A stretch of DNA of 63,234 bases, counting the filler, from Octopus bimaculoides (lineage: Eukaryota), in assembly GCF_001194135.2 (NCBI RefSeq). It is 3 parts of 3 records of this genome, joined end to end, with 100 filler letters (N's around TTAATTAATTAA, not from the genome) between each part and the next. Parts side by side here need not be neighbours in the genome. Positions count along the whole stretch, not along the records: positions 27,946 to 58,422 come from NC_069000.1; positions 58,523 to 63,234 come from NC_068984.1; 1 more part is not named here. One strand, 5' to 3'. A model generated the notes under the pieces. The model saw nothing but the letters and a program-made list of their open reading frames with translations, was not told the origin of the DNA and did not search any database. Below, piece after piece: positions 50,925 through 62,575 of the stretch (positions are counted from its first letter, which is position 1; the number at the start of each line of letters is the position of its first letter). The position numbers and the translations under genes were made by a program.

Positions 50925-51142
50925 AGCGCAAGGTGGCGAGTTGGTAGAAACGTTAGCACGCCGGGCGAAATGCTTAGCGGTTTTCGTCTGTCTTAACGTT
51001 CTGAGTTCAAATTGCACCGAGGTCGACTTTGCCTTTCATCCTTTCGGGGTCGATAAATTAAGTACCAGCTGCGTATTGGGGTCGATCTAATCGACTGGCT
51101 CCCTCCCCAAAGATTTCGGGCCTTGTGCCTAGAGTAGAAAAG
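50925..51142 (+). mobile_element. Full-length SINE family B with 11-bp TSD
   Basis: TSD aatactatgta at 50914-50924 and 51143-51153. Confidence 0.92.
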
Positions 51143-51354
51143 AATACTATGTACGTACACACACACACACAGAGGCACAGACACATAAACACATACAGAG
51201 GCACATAGACATACACACACATGCACATACACGCACATATATACACATATACACACTAGAAGATGTGCCCAGTATTGTCTGGATGCTGCAATGTTGGAAC
51301 ATTTGTTGTTAAAATTATAAGGCGTTTTAACTTAAATGACTTGATTCTATTATA

Positions 51355-51725
51355 TTATTCTATTACTTGTTTCAGTCATTAGACTGCGGCCAGGCTGGGG
51401 CACCGGTTGGAAGAATTTCTTGTCGAATGGCTCGAGCCCAATACTTTTGTTAAGCTTAAACACACCAACACCAGTTTTCAACGGTAGTGTGGGAAAACAG
51501 ACACACACACACAAACATACACAAACACACATACACACTCATACATACACACTCTATACATACATACATACATACATATTGAGTTTCCGTCTATCAAATC
51601 CACTCACAAGGCTTTGGTGGACCCGAGGCTAAAATAGAAGACACTCGCCCAAAATGCCATGCAGTAGGATTGAACCGGGAACCATGCACTTGGGAAGCAC
51701 GTTTCTTACCAGAAAGCCACGCATG
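51355..51725 (-). mobile_element. SINE family A, full length
   Basis: Both halves with a (CA)/(TACA) linker at about 51500-51580. Confidence 0.88.
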
Positions 51726-52611
51726 TTTCATGTTATGGGTTTTTTTTTAATATGCTTGCATATATATAATTTTTTGTAATGCAGATAATGCAGAATATTA
51801 TAATGAAACGCTGAAGAGTAGTGACTTTAATGAAGATATATCTTATTCCTCCCTGTGAACTGTAAAATAATCTGTTCCGAAAATCTAAATAATAATACAA
51901 ACTAATTTTATTTTACTCCAAATCAATAGTGAAATCAAAATGAATATACAGTAGAATTAAAAACCGATATTAATAACACTAAACCTACAACCATTAAGGA
52001 TCTTAATGCCGACAGAATTATAGTAAATAGACATAATGATAGATCATATGCTCCAGTAGTGATCAAAAGAGAGTGGCTAATATAGTCGTAAGTGCACCTA
52101 AGAGACAAACACAAGCAGTTCAAGCAGCTATGACTATTAGTAATAGTGATTCAAAGGCTGATCTTAACATAAAACCCAAGTATAAACTAATCAATAGCAG
52201 TAGTGCTATGGCTGTATTCATTATAAAAAGAACCTTAATAAATTCCACGTGAGTAGCAATAAGAAACGGGGTCGTAATAATGATTTTAAAAATTGGGCTA
52301 CAGGGATAGCTCCTACTGAAAATTCTTCTAAAGCTGGTACCTATGACTGTGACGTATGTACGCGTAAAAATTGCTGCAATACAAAAATACTCAGCAAAGA
52401 ACAGCTTGGAAAAGAAACATAACTTGGTGTAACGCTCCTAACCCTAAGAACGTAACATTTTCTCGAATAAATTTATGAAAACAATTTCACCTTAGAATAA
52501 ATACCATAACATCTGTGTAATTCTCATTCTTAACAGCACCTTATCTAGCTGATAACATTAATTACTCCACTATCCTTAATATAACAAGTAGGAAGAGTTT
52601 AACCTTAATTC

Positions 52612-52826
52612 TTTTCTACTCTAGGTACAAGTCCCGAAATTTTTGGGGAGGGGGGGCCAGTCGATTAGATCGACCTCAGTACGCAGCTGGTACTTCATTT
52701 ATCGGCCCCGAAAGGATGAAAGGCAAAGTCAACCTCGGTAGAATTTGAACCACGGACGTAAAGACAGACGAAATACCGCTATGCATTTCGTCCGGTGTGC
52801 TAACGATTATGTCAGCTCGCCGCCTT
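52612..52826 (-). mobile_element. SINE family B, full length
   Basis: Reverse complement of the 50925-51142 type. Confidence 0.88.
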
Positions 52827-54039
52827 GATTTTAACCAAGGAATATAGAAGTAGCTAGATCTAACTTGAGACGTAGTAATGTTAACCATTCAAAAATAAGG
52901 GATGGAATACTATAAACTTTACTCGTACAAATCCAAGTATTAGATGTACCAACACAAACCTTTTCCCTGTTAAAGCATTTTCTAATTCTGATAGCATCAT
53001 TAATAAAAAAAAAACAGTTACAAAATATTGAAGACTATAACATTAAAAAGAAACACAAAAGAGAGCCTTGGCAGGTCCAAAAAGTTTTTTCGCACTATTT
53101 TTAGGTTGTTTTTCTCACATTCTTTATGCTTTTAATAGTAACTCACATGTAACTGTAGCTCATATATTCAATGCCTCCTTGATGGTAATTGTCTTATTAT
53201 TAACGTAATCTAGAAATGCAATATCATTATCCAATGTAACAATACGTAATATATATCACTACCACATCGAAACCCTTCAAGAGCCACTATAATATGCCAA
53301 CAAACAAAGGCTATACGACATCACAACAGTATTTATGTAGAGTTTAAAAGTCAAGAGGTACTGATTTCAAACTGTAATGAAGTAAATAGCTACACCTTCA
53401 GCATATAAAGGTAAAGGAAGAGAATGTACGCTTTGCATGATCGGTGCACTTGATACTTCAAGCGGTTAATGACGTTAAATCGAAGAAACGAAAAAATACA
53501 CTCAAGTAGGGATAGAATATTCAAAACATTTTGAGTCTATTAAAAAAAAATCAATTAATTAAAAACAATGGTACAACACATTTAACAAAACGCATAACAA
53601 TATCTTGTTCCCAACACAGAAAATTATAGTAATTATTCACAGCCTAATCATCTAACAAATATATAAAAATATGATGCTATAGAAGGAACTCTTATATGCA
53701 TGTATGTGTGTGTGTGTATACACACATGCATATATTAAGACAAGCATAGATAGATACACATACAAATATATGCAAATCCAGATACTAACGAAAGTGAATA
53801 TACACATTTAAAAATAAAAAGATTTTATCAGAGCGAATTAGTTATTATCCTTCTAGTTTGAGGGTATTAACAATTAGTGCTGCGTTGTTAGTTTTATATC
53901 TAAGGAGTTTAGAGCTTAGATATATACATAAACAGAGGAACTCATACATACATACATAATACATACATGCATACATATTTACACACACAAATATAGACAT
54001 AAACGTAGGTATATGGTGAGAGAGATAAGTAAAATAATG

Positions 54040-54185
54040 GTGGTAACGACAACGATAATAATAATAATGATAATATTGATAATGATAATATTGATAATGA
54101 TAATATTGATAATGATAATGACTGTAATAGAAGTGACGGTGATGAAGATGATGGTTTTGATGGTTTTGATGGTGGTGATGGTGGA
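54040..54185. repeat. (ATA)/(ATG)n low-complexity tract with a 15-bp unit
   Basis: ataatgataatattg x3 followed by (GAT/GGT)n. Confidence 0.9.
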
Positions 54186-54814
54186 GCTACTGCATTAAAT
54201 TGACACCCGTTTAACTCCAAAATTAATATAGTTAATACGATTCCTTTCCGATTATGTATTCTAATAATTTCATTGCTTTACAATTTTCTAGATGGAATCA
54301 CCAGAATGTTCCTCTCTCTCTCTCTGTCCATGTTTTATTTCCACTAACTCTCTTTTTCTCCGTCTCCCGAAATTTATTTCCTATAACTCCTTCGTTTAAT
54401 CAGATTACAATCATTTACTTTTTTTATGTAAGATATTTTTTTTGCCCTCAGGCCAATTTGTTTTCCAATTTTAGGGATATTTTTTCAAATAATATTTCCG
54501 AAAGATTTTTAGCAGAAACCTAAGTGAACTACCGTCTGATATGCTTAGCGCCTTTTCCTCCGAAGGAGACATTTTTTGGACTGTTAATCTCATATATATT
54601 ATTTAATATTGAAAATATGAAGTTAGCTGAAATATGTAGCAAACAGAAAATACTGAAGTTAACAGTCAGAAAGAAATATCTCCAGTAGGCATCATTAATA
54701 ACTATTTCAGAAACTCTGACACATAATTGTACAGCTCTCTCTCTGTGACTATTTGTTTGCCTGTACATTTATCAGTCTGTCTATCATTTTGCCTCTCTTA
54801 CAATGGGTATGTAA

Positions 54815-54856
<42 letters not shown>

Positions 54857-55229
54857 GCCTATGAATACCGTTTTTCCTTTCATCACTTCACATTTGTTTA
54901 TTAGCTAGCTAACAGTTCTTTCCTATGATCTGTTTCCATGTATGTTTGTCACCTTTATTTCGAAAATATATTTACTCTCTTTCTCTCACTCCCCCTCTAT
55001 TCTCCCTCCCCCTCTCTTTCTATATATATATGCATGAAAATATGCATGTATATATGTATGTATGTGCGTGTGTGTGATTGAACAAATGAGAGAAAGAAAA
55101 AAGCTAACATATTTGCTTGGAGTTACATGCATTAAATAATAGTTTAATTTTGCTCCACATTACTTAAAGTTTCATGGACGTAAGACAAACCTACATATTC
55201 ACGTCTCCGGAGATATTCAGATGATCGGA

Positions 55230-55272
<43 letters not shown>

Positions 55273-55607
55273 TTTTCTGATTATTTGGCATTTTTTGCTT
55301 TTCCCGATAATTTTTTTTCCTTTACTGTATGTATATATTACTTTTACCTCTGAATTTGTATTGCTCTCAGGGCCATTGGTCCCTTAAAGCAAATCATAAA
55401 TGCCAAAATGCTAAGTACATATATTGCTTGAGGATATATATATAGAGAGAAAGAGAGACCGCTTACTGTCTGAAATAAAGTTGATGTTTTCAATCACCAT
55501 GTATCTTTCTGAAGATTAGTCTATTGTTTCCTTTTTCTGAATGCTTCCATAGAGGAGTATACACTCGCATAAATTTATATGTTTGTAGATGTATATTATA
55601 TATATAT

Positions 55608-55797
55608 GGGAGAATGTACGAAAAAAAACAACAACAGACGAGGACAGGTGGTGTAAACAACAAAAGGATGTATTAGTTTGACGCTCGGGAATACAGAAAG
55701 TCTTTAACGTTTCGAGCTACGCTCTTCAACAGAAAGAATACGGAGAAAACAAGGAGAAAAAAAAATTGAATGGTGTTTGGTCAGCGATTACAAATAT
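55608..55797 (-). mobile_element. Short repeat element with a variant hammerhead-like motif (55701-55737)
   Basis: Minus strand UCUUU-CUGUUGA-A-GAGC(GUA)GCUC-GAAA-CG-UU-AAAGA. Confidence 0.55.
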
Positions 55798-56269
55798 ATT
55801 ATATATATATATATATATATATGTGTGTGNNNNNNNNNNNNNNNNNNNNNNNNNNNNNNNNNNNNNNNNNNNNNNNNNNNNNNNNNNNNNNNNNNNNNNN
55901 NNNNNNNNNNNNNNNNNNNNNNNNNNNNNNNNNNNNNNNNNNNNNNNNNNNNNNNNNNNNNNNNNNNNNNNNNNNNNNNNNNNNNNNNNNNNNNNNNNNN
56001 NNNNNNNNNNNNNNNNNNNNNNNNNNNNNNNNNNNNNNNNNNNNNNNNNNNNNNNNNNNNNNNNNNNNNNNNNNNNNNNNNNNNNNNNNNNNNNNNNNNN
56101 NNNNNNNNNNNNNNNNNNNNNNNNNNNNNNNNNNNNNNNNNNNNNNNNNNNNNNNNNNNNNNNNNNNNNNNNNNNNNNNNNNNNNNNNNNNNNNNNNNNN
56201 NNNNNNNNNNNNNNNNNNNNNNNNNNNNNNNNNNNNNNNNNNNNNNNNNNNNNTATATATATATATATA

Positions 56270-56430
56270 TGCGTTATTGAGAGAAGTCAATGAATACGCC
56301 CATAACACCAAAGATTCTTTGAAAACTGCCATAGTCAGAGTAATGTCCAAAATGAACCAGGACCACTTGATTCGAGCATGTAGATGATTTAGATCTCATA
56401 TAGCAGTTGTTGAAGCTGAAGGTGGTTTTA
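56270..56430 (+). mobile_element. maT/DD37D-like transposase C-terminus
   Basis: REVNEYAHNTKDSLKTAIVRVMSKMNQDHLIRACR*FRSHI-AVVEAEGGFIE*. Confidence 0.75.
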
Positions 56431-56689
56431 TTGAATAACATTATAGAAAGATATATTTTATCCTCATAGCATTTTTTGATAAATAAAATCATTATCTGTT
56501 ATTATATATCTGTGTTTGTGCGTGCGTACCGAGAAAAAGGGTAAGAGCGAGAGAGCGCGCGCAACGAGAGAAAGTGTCCTACCCAAGACGAGGCCCCAAC
56601 GGACGTCGTGGAAGAGTGAATGAGTAGGGCTATGACATTCAAGTAGAAGGATGAGGTTGGGGTAAATACGGAGTTCAGGATTAGTTGAT

Positions 56690-57085
56690 TAAACATCGTG
56701 CAGCTATATTTCCATGGTGTCCGTTTCCTCGTACAAGCTGTCTACGGCGCCCTTCCATGCTTAGTTGGCGTTCACATTTGGAGTAGAGCGACATTCAATC
56801 CCAAACGCTCTGCCCTCAAAGAGGATATTTAAAACATCACTTCAGTAGCTACCCAAAAATCCTTAGAGAAGGCTGCTATCGTGGACACCATGACCCGGTA
56901 CTCAAAGCGGTTACTGAGAGCATAGCTGTTGCTTTCATTTTAAGTAAACAACCATTTCCTACAGAAGTCCACTAAATTTGCAACAGCTGCGGAGAGGAGG
57001 AACCAAGCCTCCGTCCACAACCAAAAACAAGGACGTTAGGCTGACCTGGTCATTTTGTCGGGGTCAGACTGACCAGGTCAAAGAG
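56690..57085 (+). mobile_element. HERO-like RLE non-LTR retrotransposon remnant
   Basis: VRFLVQAVYGALP..HIWS..LCPQRGYLKHHFSSYPKILREGCYRGHHDPVLKAVTESIA..DLVILS; decayed CCHC, RHD and PD motifs. Confidence 0.75.
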
Positions 57086-57967
57086 ACAGAAAATAATAAA
57101 TGAAATAAGTTAAAATTTTAATAATAGCGATATTCAATGTGTGTGTCTGTGTGTTTGTGTGCGTGCGTGTATATATATGTGTGTGTGTGCGTGTATANNN
57201 NNNNNNNNNNNNNNNNNNNNNNNNNNNNNNNNNNNNNNNNNNNNNNNNNNNNNNNNNNNNNNNNNNNNNNNNNNNNNNNNNNNNNNNNNNNNNNNNNNNN
57301 NNNNNNNNNNNNNNNNNNNNNNNNNNNNNNNNNNNNNNNNNNNNNNNNNNNNNNNNNNNNNNNNNNNNNNNNNNNNNNNNNNNNNNNNNNNNNNNNNNNN
57401 NNNNNNNNNNNNNNNNNNNNNNNNNNNNNNNNNNNNNNNNNNNNNNNNNNNNNNNNNNNNNNNNNNNNNNNNNNNNNNNNNNNNNNNNNNNNNNNNNNNN
57501 NNNNNNNNNNNNNNNNNNNNNNNNNNNNNNNNNNNNNNNNNNNNNNNNNNNNNNNNNNNNNNNNNNNNNNNNNNNNNNNNNNNNNNNNNNNNNNNNNNNN
57601 NNNNNNNNNNNNNNNNNNNNNNNNNNNNNNNNNNNNNNNNNNNNNNNNNNNNNNNNNNNNNNNNNNNNNNNNNNNNNNNNNNNNNNNNNNNNNNNNNNNN
57701 NNNNNNNNNNNNNNNNNNNNNNNNNNNNNNNNNNNNNNNNNNNNNNNNNNNNNNNNNNNNNNNNNNNNNNNNNNNNNNNNNNNNNNNNNNNNNNNNNNNN
57801 NNNNNNNNNNNNNNNNNNNNNNNNNNNNNNNNNNNNNNNNNNNNNNNNNNNNNNNNNNNNNNNNNNNNNNNNNNNNNNNNNNNNNNNNNNNNNNNNNNNN
57901 NNNNNNNNNNNNNNNNNNNNNNNNNNNNNNNNNNNNNNNNNNNNNNNNNNNNNNNNNNNNNNNNNNN

Positions 57968-58032
<65 letters not shown>

Positions 58033-58334
58033 TTGTAAAAGAGATTATAAAAATGACAATAGAACAAGAAATTATGTAAAGTACTTCATTAGTTTACAGG
58101 TGTTTCTGCTAAAAGATGGAATGCACTCGTAGTTCAATGCCTGTGTATCACACCTTACAGCTGCGCGAGTTCCGACGTGAGTGATATGCAAGCACTGAAC
58201 TATGAGTGCATCGTATAACAGAAATAGCTGTAAACTTATGAAGCTGGTTACATAAATTTTTGTTCATTTGTCATTTCACGCATATACAAGCACATACACT
58301 GTAACACGCATATAAAGTACATACGATGTCACAC

Positions 58335-58422
<88 letters not shown>

Positions 58423-58522
58423 NNNNNNNNNNNNNNNNNNNNNNNNNNNNNNNNNNNNNNNNNNNNTTAATTAATTAANNNNNNNNNNNNNNNNNNNNNN
58501 NNNNNNNNNNNNNNNNNNNNNN
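58423..58522. other. Artificial scaffold-join spacer (44N + TTAATTAATTAA + 44N)
   Basis: Same 100-bp layout as 27846-27945. Confidence 0.9.
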
Positions 58523-58717
58523 TTAATGGTCCTTTTTTGGGGTTGTTGCTTCACCGACCATATTTGTTTCCAGAATTTCTCTAGTTCTTCTGCTGTTGGT
58601 GCTGAAGTAATGTCTATTTTATTTTTACCCAGTTCTTGGTAGAGTTTTTTGGGGTTGGATTTGAACTGTTTGTTTTGTTCAAAGAAACGTTGGCGTTTCT
58701 CATACCGGCGGATCCTC

Positions 58718-58720
<3 letters not shown>
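58523..58720 (-). mobile_element. R4/Dong-like RLE LINE, 5'-truncated, abutting (TAA)n
   Basis: KRIRRYEKRQRFFEQNKQFKSNPKKLYQELGK..APTAEELEKFWKQIW, a pre-RT segment typical of this clade; starts right after (AAT)n at 58721-58782. Confidence 0.75.
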
Positions 58721-58782
<62 letters not shown>

Positions 58783-58786
<4 letters not shown>

Positions 58787-58812
58787 TCACTACCTGGAAT
58801 CGAACTCAGAAT
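58783..58812 (-). mobile_element. tRNA-like B-box fragment preceding the (AAT)n tract
   Basis: Minus strand attctGAGTTCGATTCCaggtagtgacctg followed by aataataat. Confidence 0.45.
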
Positions 58813-58911
58813 GGCGGTACCCCAGCTACAGCATGTGAGCTGAAACTGGTTCAATTCAATTATATACATAAATATATTTCAAGCGAACACACAATCACTG
58901 ATTTTGCAACA

Positions 58912-59082
58912 AGCAAAATTGTTAGTTCTAAAATCTCTCTAAGAGATCAACGCAGTAGTTGTACTGACAAGTAATAGTCGTAGATACGTCAACATGGCTG
59001 TCCGTTCGAGCGGACTCTACTGTGATTTTTTTAATCCTAGGAAGTCATCTCTTCAAGCTGGTTAACGATGCAGAGCTGCATG
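58912..59082 (+). repeat. Unidentified dispersed repeat (second copy of 4585-4756)
   Basis: See 4585-4756. Confidence 0.85.
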
Positions 59083-59242
59083 CGATAAATTGCGAGCAGG
59101 GGAGCGAATCCCTATCACTTTCCAGTAGACCAGTCCTGGTTTCGGGCTATTTCTGCCACTCTTCGCTGCTGGACACCTCGTCTGCTAGAGATGGTAGAAG
59201 TTAAGTAAAATATACATACATACATACATACATACATACATA

Positions 59243-59610
59243 GGCGCAGGAGTGGCTGTATGGTAAGAAGCTTGTTTATCAACTACATGATTTCGGGTTC
59301 AGTCCCACTGCGCGGCACCTTGAGCAAGTATCTTCTACTGTAGCCTCGGGTCGACCAAGGCCTTGTGAGTGGATTTGGTAGACGGAAACTGAAAGAAGCC
59401 CGTTGTATATATATATTTATTTGTGCTTGTCTTCCCACCATCGATTGACAACTGATGTTAGTGTGTTTATGCCCTAGTAACTTACGGTTCAGCAAAAGAT
59501 ACCGAAAGAGTAAGTACTAGACTTACAAAGAATAAACCCTGTGCTCCATTTGTTCGACGAAAGGCGGTGCTCCAGCATGGCCGCAGTCAAATGACTGAAA
59601 TATATTAATG
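59243..59610 (+). mobile_element. SINE family A, full length
   Basis: ggcgcaggagtggctgtatggtaagaag..gggttcagtcccactgcg..cagcatggccgcagtcaaatgactgaaa. Confidence 0.92.
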
Positions 59611-59619
59611 AATAATAGA

Positions 59620-59673
<54 letters not shown>

Positions 59674-59674
59674 C

Positions 59675-59705
<31 letters not shown>

Positions 59706-59724
59706 ATGCCTATGTGCATGTGTG

Positions 59725-59942
59725 TCTTTGTCTGTGTTTGTCCCCCTACCCTGCGTGACAGTCGGTGTTGATGTGTTTACACCCCCCTAACTTAGCGTTT
59801 CGGCAAAAGAGACCAATAGAAGAAGTATCAGGCGTTAATAAAAACAGATAACTACTGGTGTCGATACATTCGTTTAAAACTTCTTCAAGGCGGTGCCCCG
59901 GCATGACTGCAGTCTAATGACTGAAACAAGTAAAAGATAAAA
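59725..59942 (+). mobile_element. SINE family A, extra 3' half after a CA/TA/TG tract
   Basis: gtttgtcccc..aacttagcgtttcggcaaaagagacc..gactgaaacaagtaaaaga. Confidence 0.85.
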
Positions 59943-62319
59943 GGAATGAGATTTGGCAATATTTGCCATTCATTTTATTATTTAATATGCAAAAATAACC
60001 TCTTTAAAGTGTTTCAGTTTCCGTGAAAAATATCTAAGAGTATCCTTCATACAACTGGATATCTTTCCCGGATGGTATTGTAAAATGAAAATTAGTGATG
60101 TTCTCCGTTAACAAGTAAAGAAAATGTGTTCAGTTATATAAATGAATAAGAATCGTGTGCTTTGGGTAAACGTGGATTCTAATGTTTCGAACAGGCAATT
60201 CGGGAGAAGGCTCTGCAAGAAACATCAAAATTCAACTTACAGCGCAAGAATGAATCCAATCTTATGCATTTTAAATATTTTGGTCATGTATCTCTTAAGT
60301 CTTGATTAAATATCTAATTCAGGTGTTTCTTCATATACTTGACTAAATTATTGGTTTATGTTTCCTTTCACGGAAATAAGGTAACATATCCCGAAGGAAA
60401 CCTATTTTTCACTTGCTTAATGCTATGAAACTGAAGCTCCACACATGTTCTTAAGAGGAACTTGGGGAGCGACCGAAGACATTTACATTTTCATTACAGA
60501 GAAAGTAAGTATTATGTGGCGTCATCTCTGACAATAGATCGTTTTAAAACGGTATAAGTTTCCTATTTAACATAATGCTTCATAATAATAATAATAATAA
60601 TAATAATCTTTTCAACGAGTCTCTTACTCGATAGCTGCATTGTAATTTCAATTTTATTTTACTTCTGTGTATAATTGCCTTGTCGACTTGTTTGTAATGT
60701 TTGAAAAAATTAATCATGCTACATAAGAATATAGAATTCAGAGAAATCAGACAGAAATATGATACATTAAAATAATAAATACGAGGATGCGCAGCCTCGG
60801 AAAACTATTATATTAAATAAGTGAAATATGTCTCGCTTCCTATATGGAAAGCAAATGTTAGAGTTTCCAGTTGTTGAAAGTTTGTAATAATATCAGTTAT
60901 TTAGTCATGTGTACTGAGTCGAATTCTCGTTGATTTTACGATGGCATATTAACTTTATAAATGAAACATGAGGGGACGTTCCTGAGGCATTGTCAGTTTA
61001 TACATGACAAGACACGGTCACGGGAGTTCGTAAAGAGAATAATAGATAAACGCAGGGTTGTATTACGGCTTACGTTATACAGTATCTGACCAAATACAAT
61101 GAATAGTAACATTCTTAAATCATTTGCAAATGAATAAAAGTTCTCCGTATTTCTCTATTTCAAATATTGATGTAGCAATGTATGGCGGGATCCTGTAAAC
61201 ACAGAAACCAAGGAACAACGATAAGGAATTGTTACACTGAATGACAAATATATAAGAAGAGATAAGTAAAAGCGAATATCATCAATATGTGAAGGCGTAG
61301 AGTGTAGTGTTTAAGAATGTTCCCATGAGTACCCTTAACAATCATCAGATTGCATCATCAACCCTTGAGCAAGGCCATTCATTTTTACCTTACTCTAGTA
61401 TACTCCTATGTAATGAATACCAATTGACGGTTGGATATTCCTCTATGCTAACATTAACCTATTACCTGCCAAATTTTTTTATTCATATTTTTTTGGTTAT
61501 GTCATGATCGTTATTTGTGTGTTTTTTCGTAATTTGTTCTGATGTAAACCATTCCTGAGGAAGTGCTAAACGTCAGACATCCAATGGATCAGTCGCTGGA
61601 TAGGTTTGGGCACAGAAATGTTAACATAGGATGGTAAATAAATAGAATATGGATCTGTCTAGTTCGAAGTCTCTATCTCTTTTAAATATAAAAATTTAAA
61701 ACCTTGAAATATATATATATATATANNNNNNNNNNNNNNNNNNNNNNNNNNNNNNNNNNNNNNNNNNNNNNNNNNNNNNNNNNNNNNNNNNNNNNNNNNN
61801 NNNNNNNNNNNNNNNNNNNNNNNNNNNNNNNNNNNNNNNNNNNNNNNNNNNNNNNNNNNNNNNNNNNNNNNNNNNNNNNNNNNNNNNNNNNNNNNNNNNN
61901 NNNNNNNNNNNNNNNNNNNNNNNNNNNNNNNNNNNNNNNNNNNNNNNNNNNNNNNNNNNNNNNNNNNNNNNNNNNNNNNNNNNNNNNNNNNNNNNNNNNN
62001 NNNNNNNNNNNNNNNNNNNNNNNNNNNNNNNNNNNNNNNNNNNNNNNNNNNNNNNNNNNNNNNNNNNNNNNNNNNNNNNNNNNNNNNNNNNNNNNNNNNN
62101 NNNNNNNNNNNNNNNNNNNNNNNNNNNNNNNNNNNNNNNNNNNNNNNNNNNNNNNNNNNNNNNNNNNNNNNNNNNNNNNNNNNNNNNNNNNNNNNNNNNN
62201 NNNNNNNNNNNNNNNNNNNNNNNNNNNNNNNNNNNNNNNNNNNNNNNNNNNNNNNNNNNNNNNNNNNNNNNNNNNNNNNNNNNNNGTCGTATATATGTAT
62301 ATATATATGTATGTGTGTT

Positions 62320-62530
62320 TGTGTGTCTGTGTTTGTCCCCCACCATCGCTTGACACCGATGCTGGTGTGTTTAGGTCTCCGTAACTTAGCGGTTCGGCAA
62401 AAAGAGACCGAAAGAATAAGTACTAGGCTTACAAAGAATAAGTCCTGGGGTCGATTTTCTCGGCTAAAGGTGGTGCTCCAGCATGACCACAGTCAAATGA
62501 CTGAAACAAGTAAAAGAGTAAAAGAGTAAG
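62320..62530 (+). mobile_element. SINE family A, 3' half (5' half probably in the gap)
   Basis: gtttgtcccccaccatcgcttgac..cagcatgaccacagtcaaatgactgaaacaagtaaaagag. Confidence 0.9.
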
Positions 62531-62531
62531 A

Positions 62532-62575
<44 letters not shown>

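Noticed and set aside
61555-61585. ctgagga-agtgct-aaacgtc hammerhead-like string
   Set aside because: G12 is missing, stem I does not pair, and there is no PLE context.
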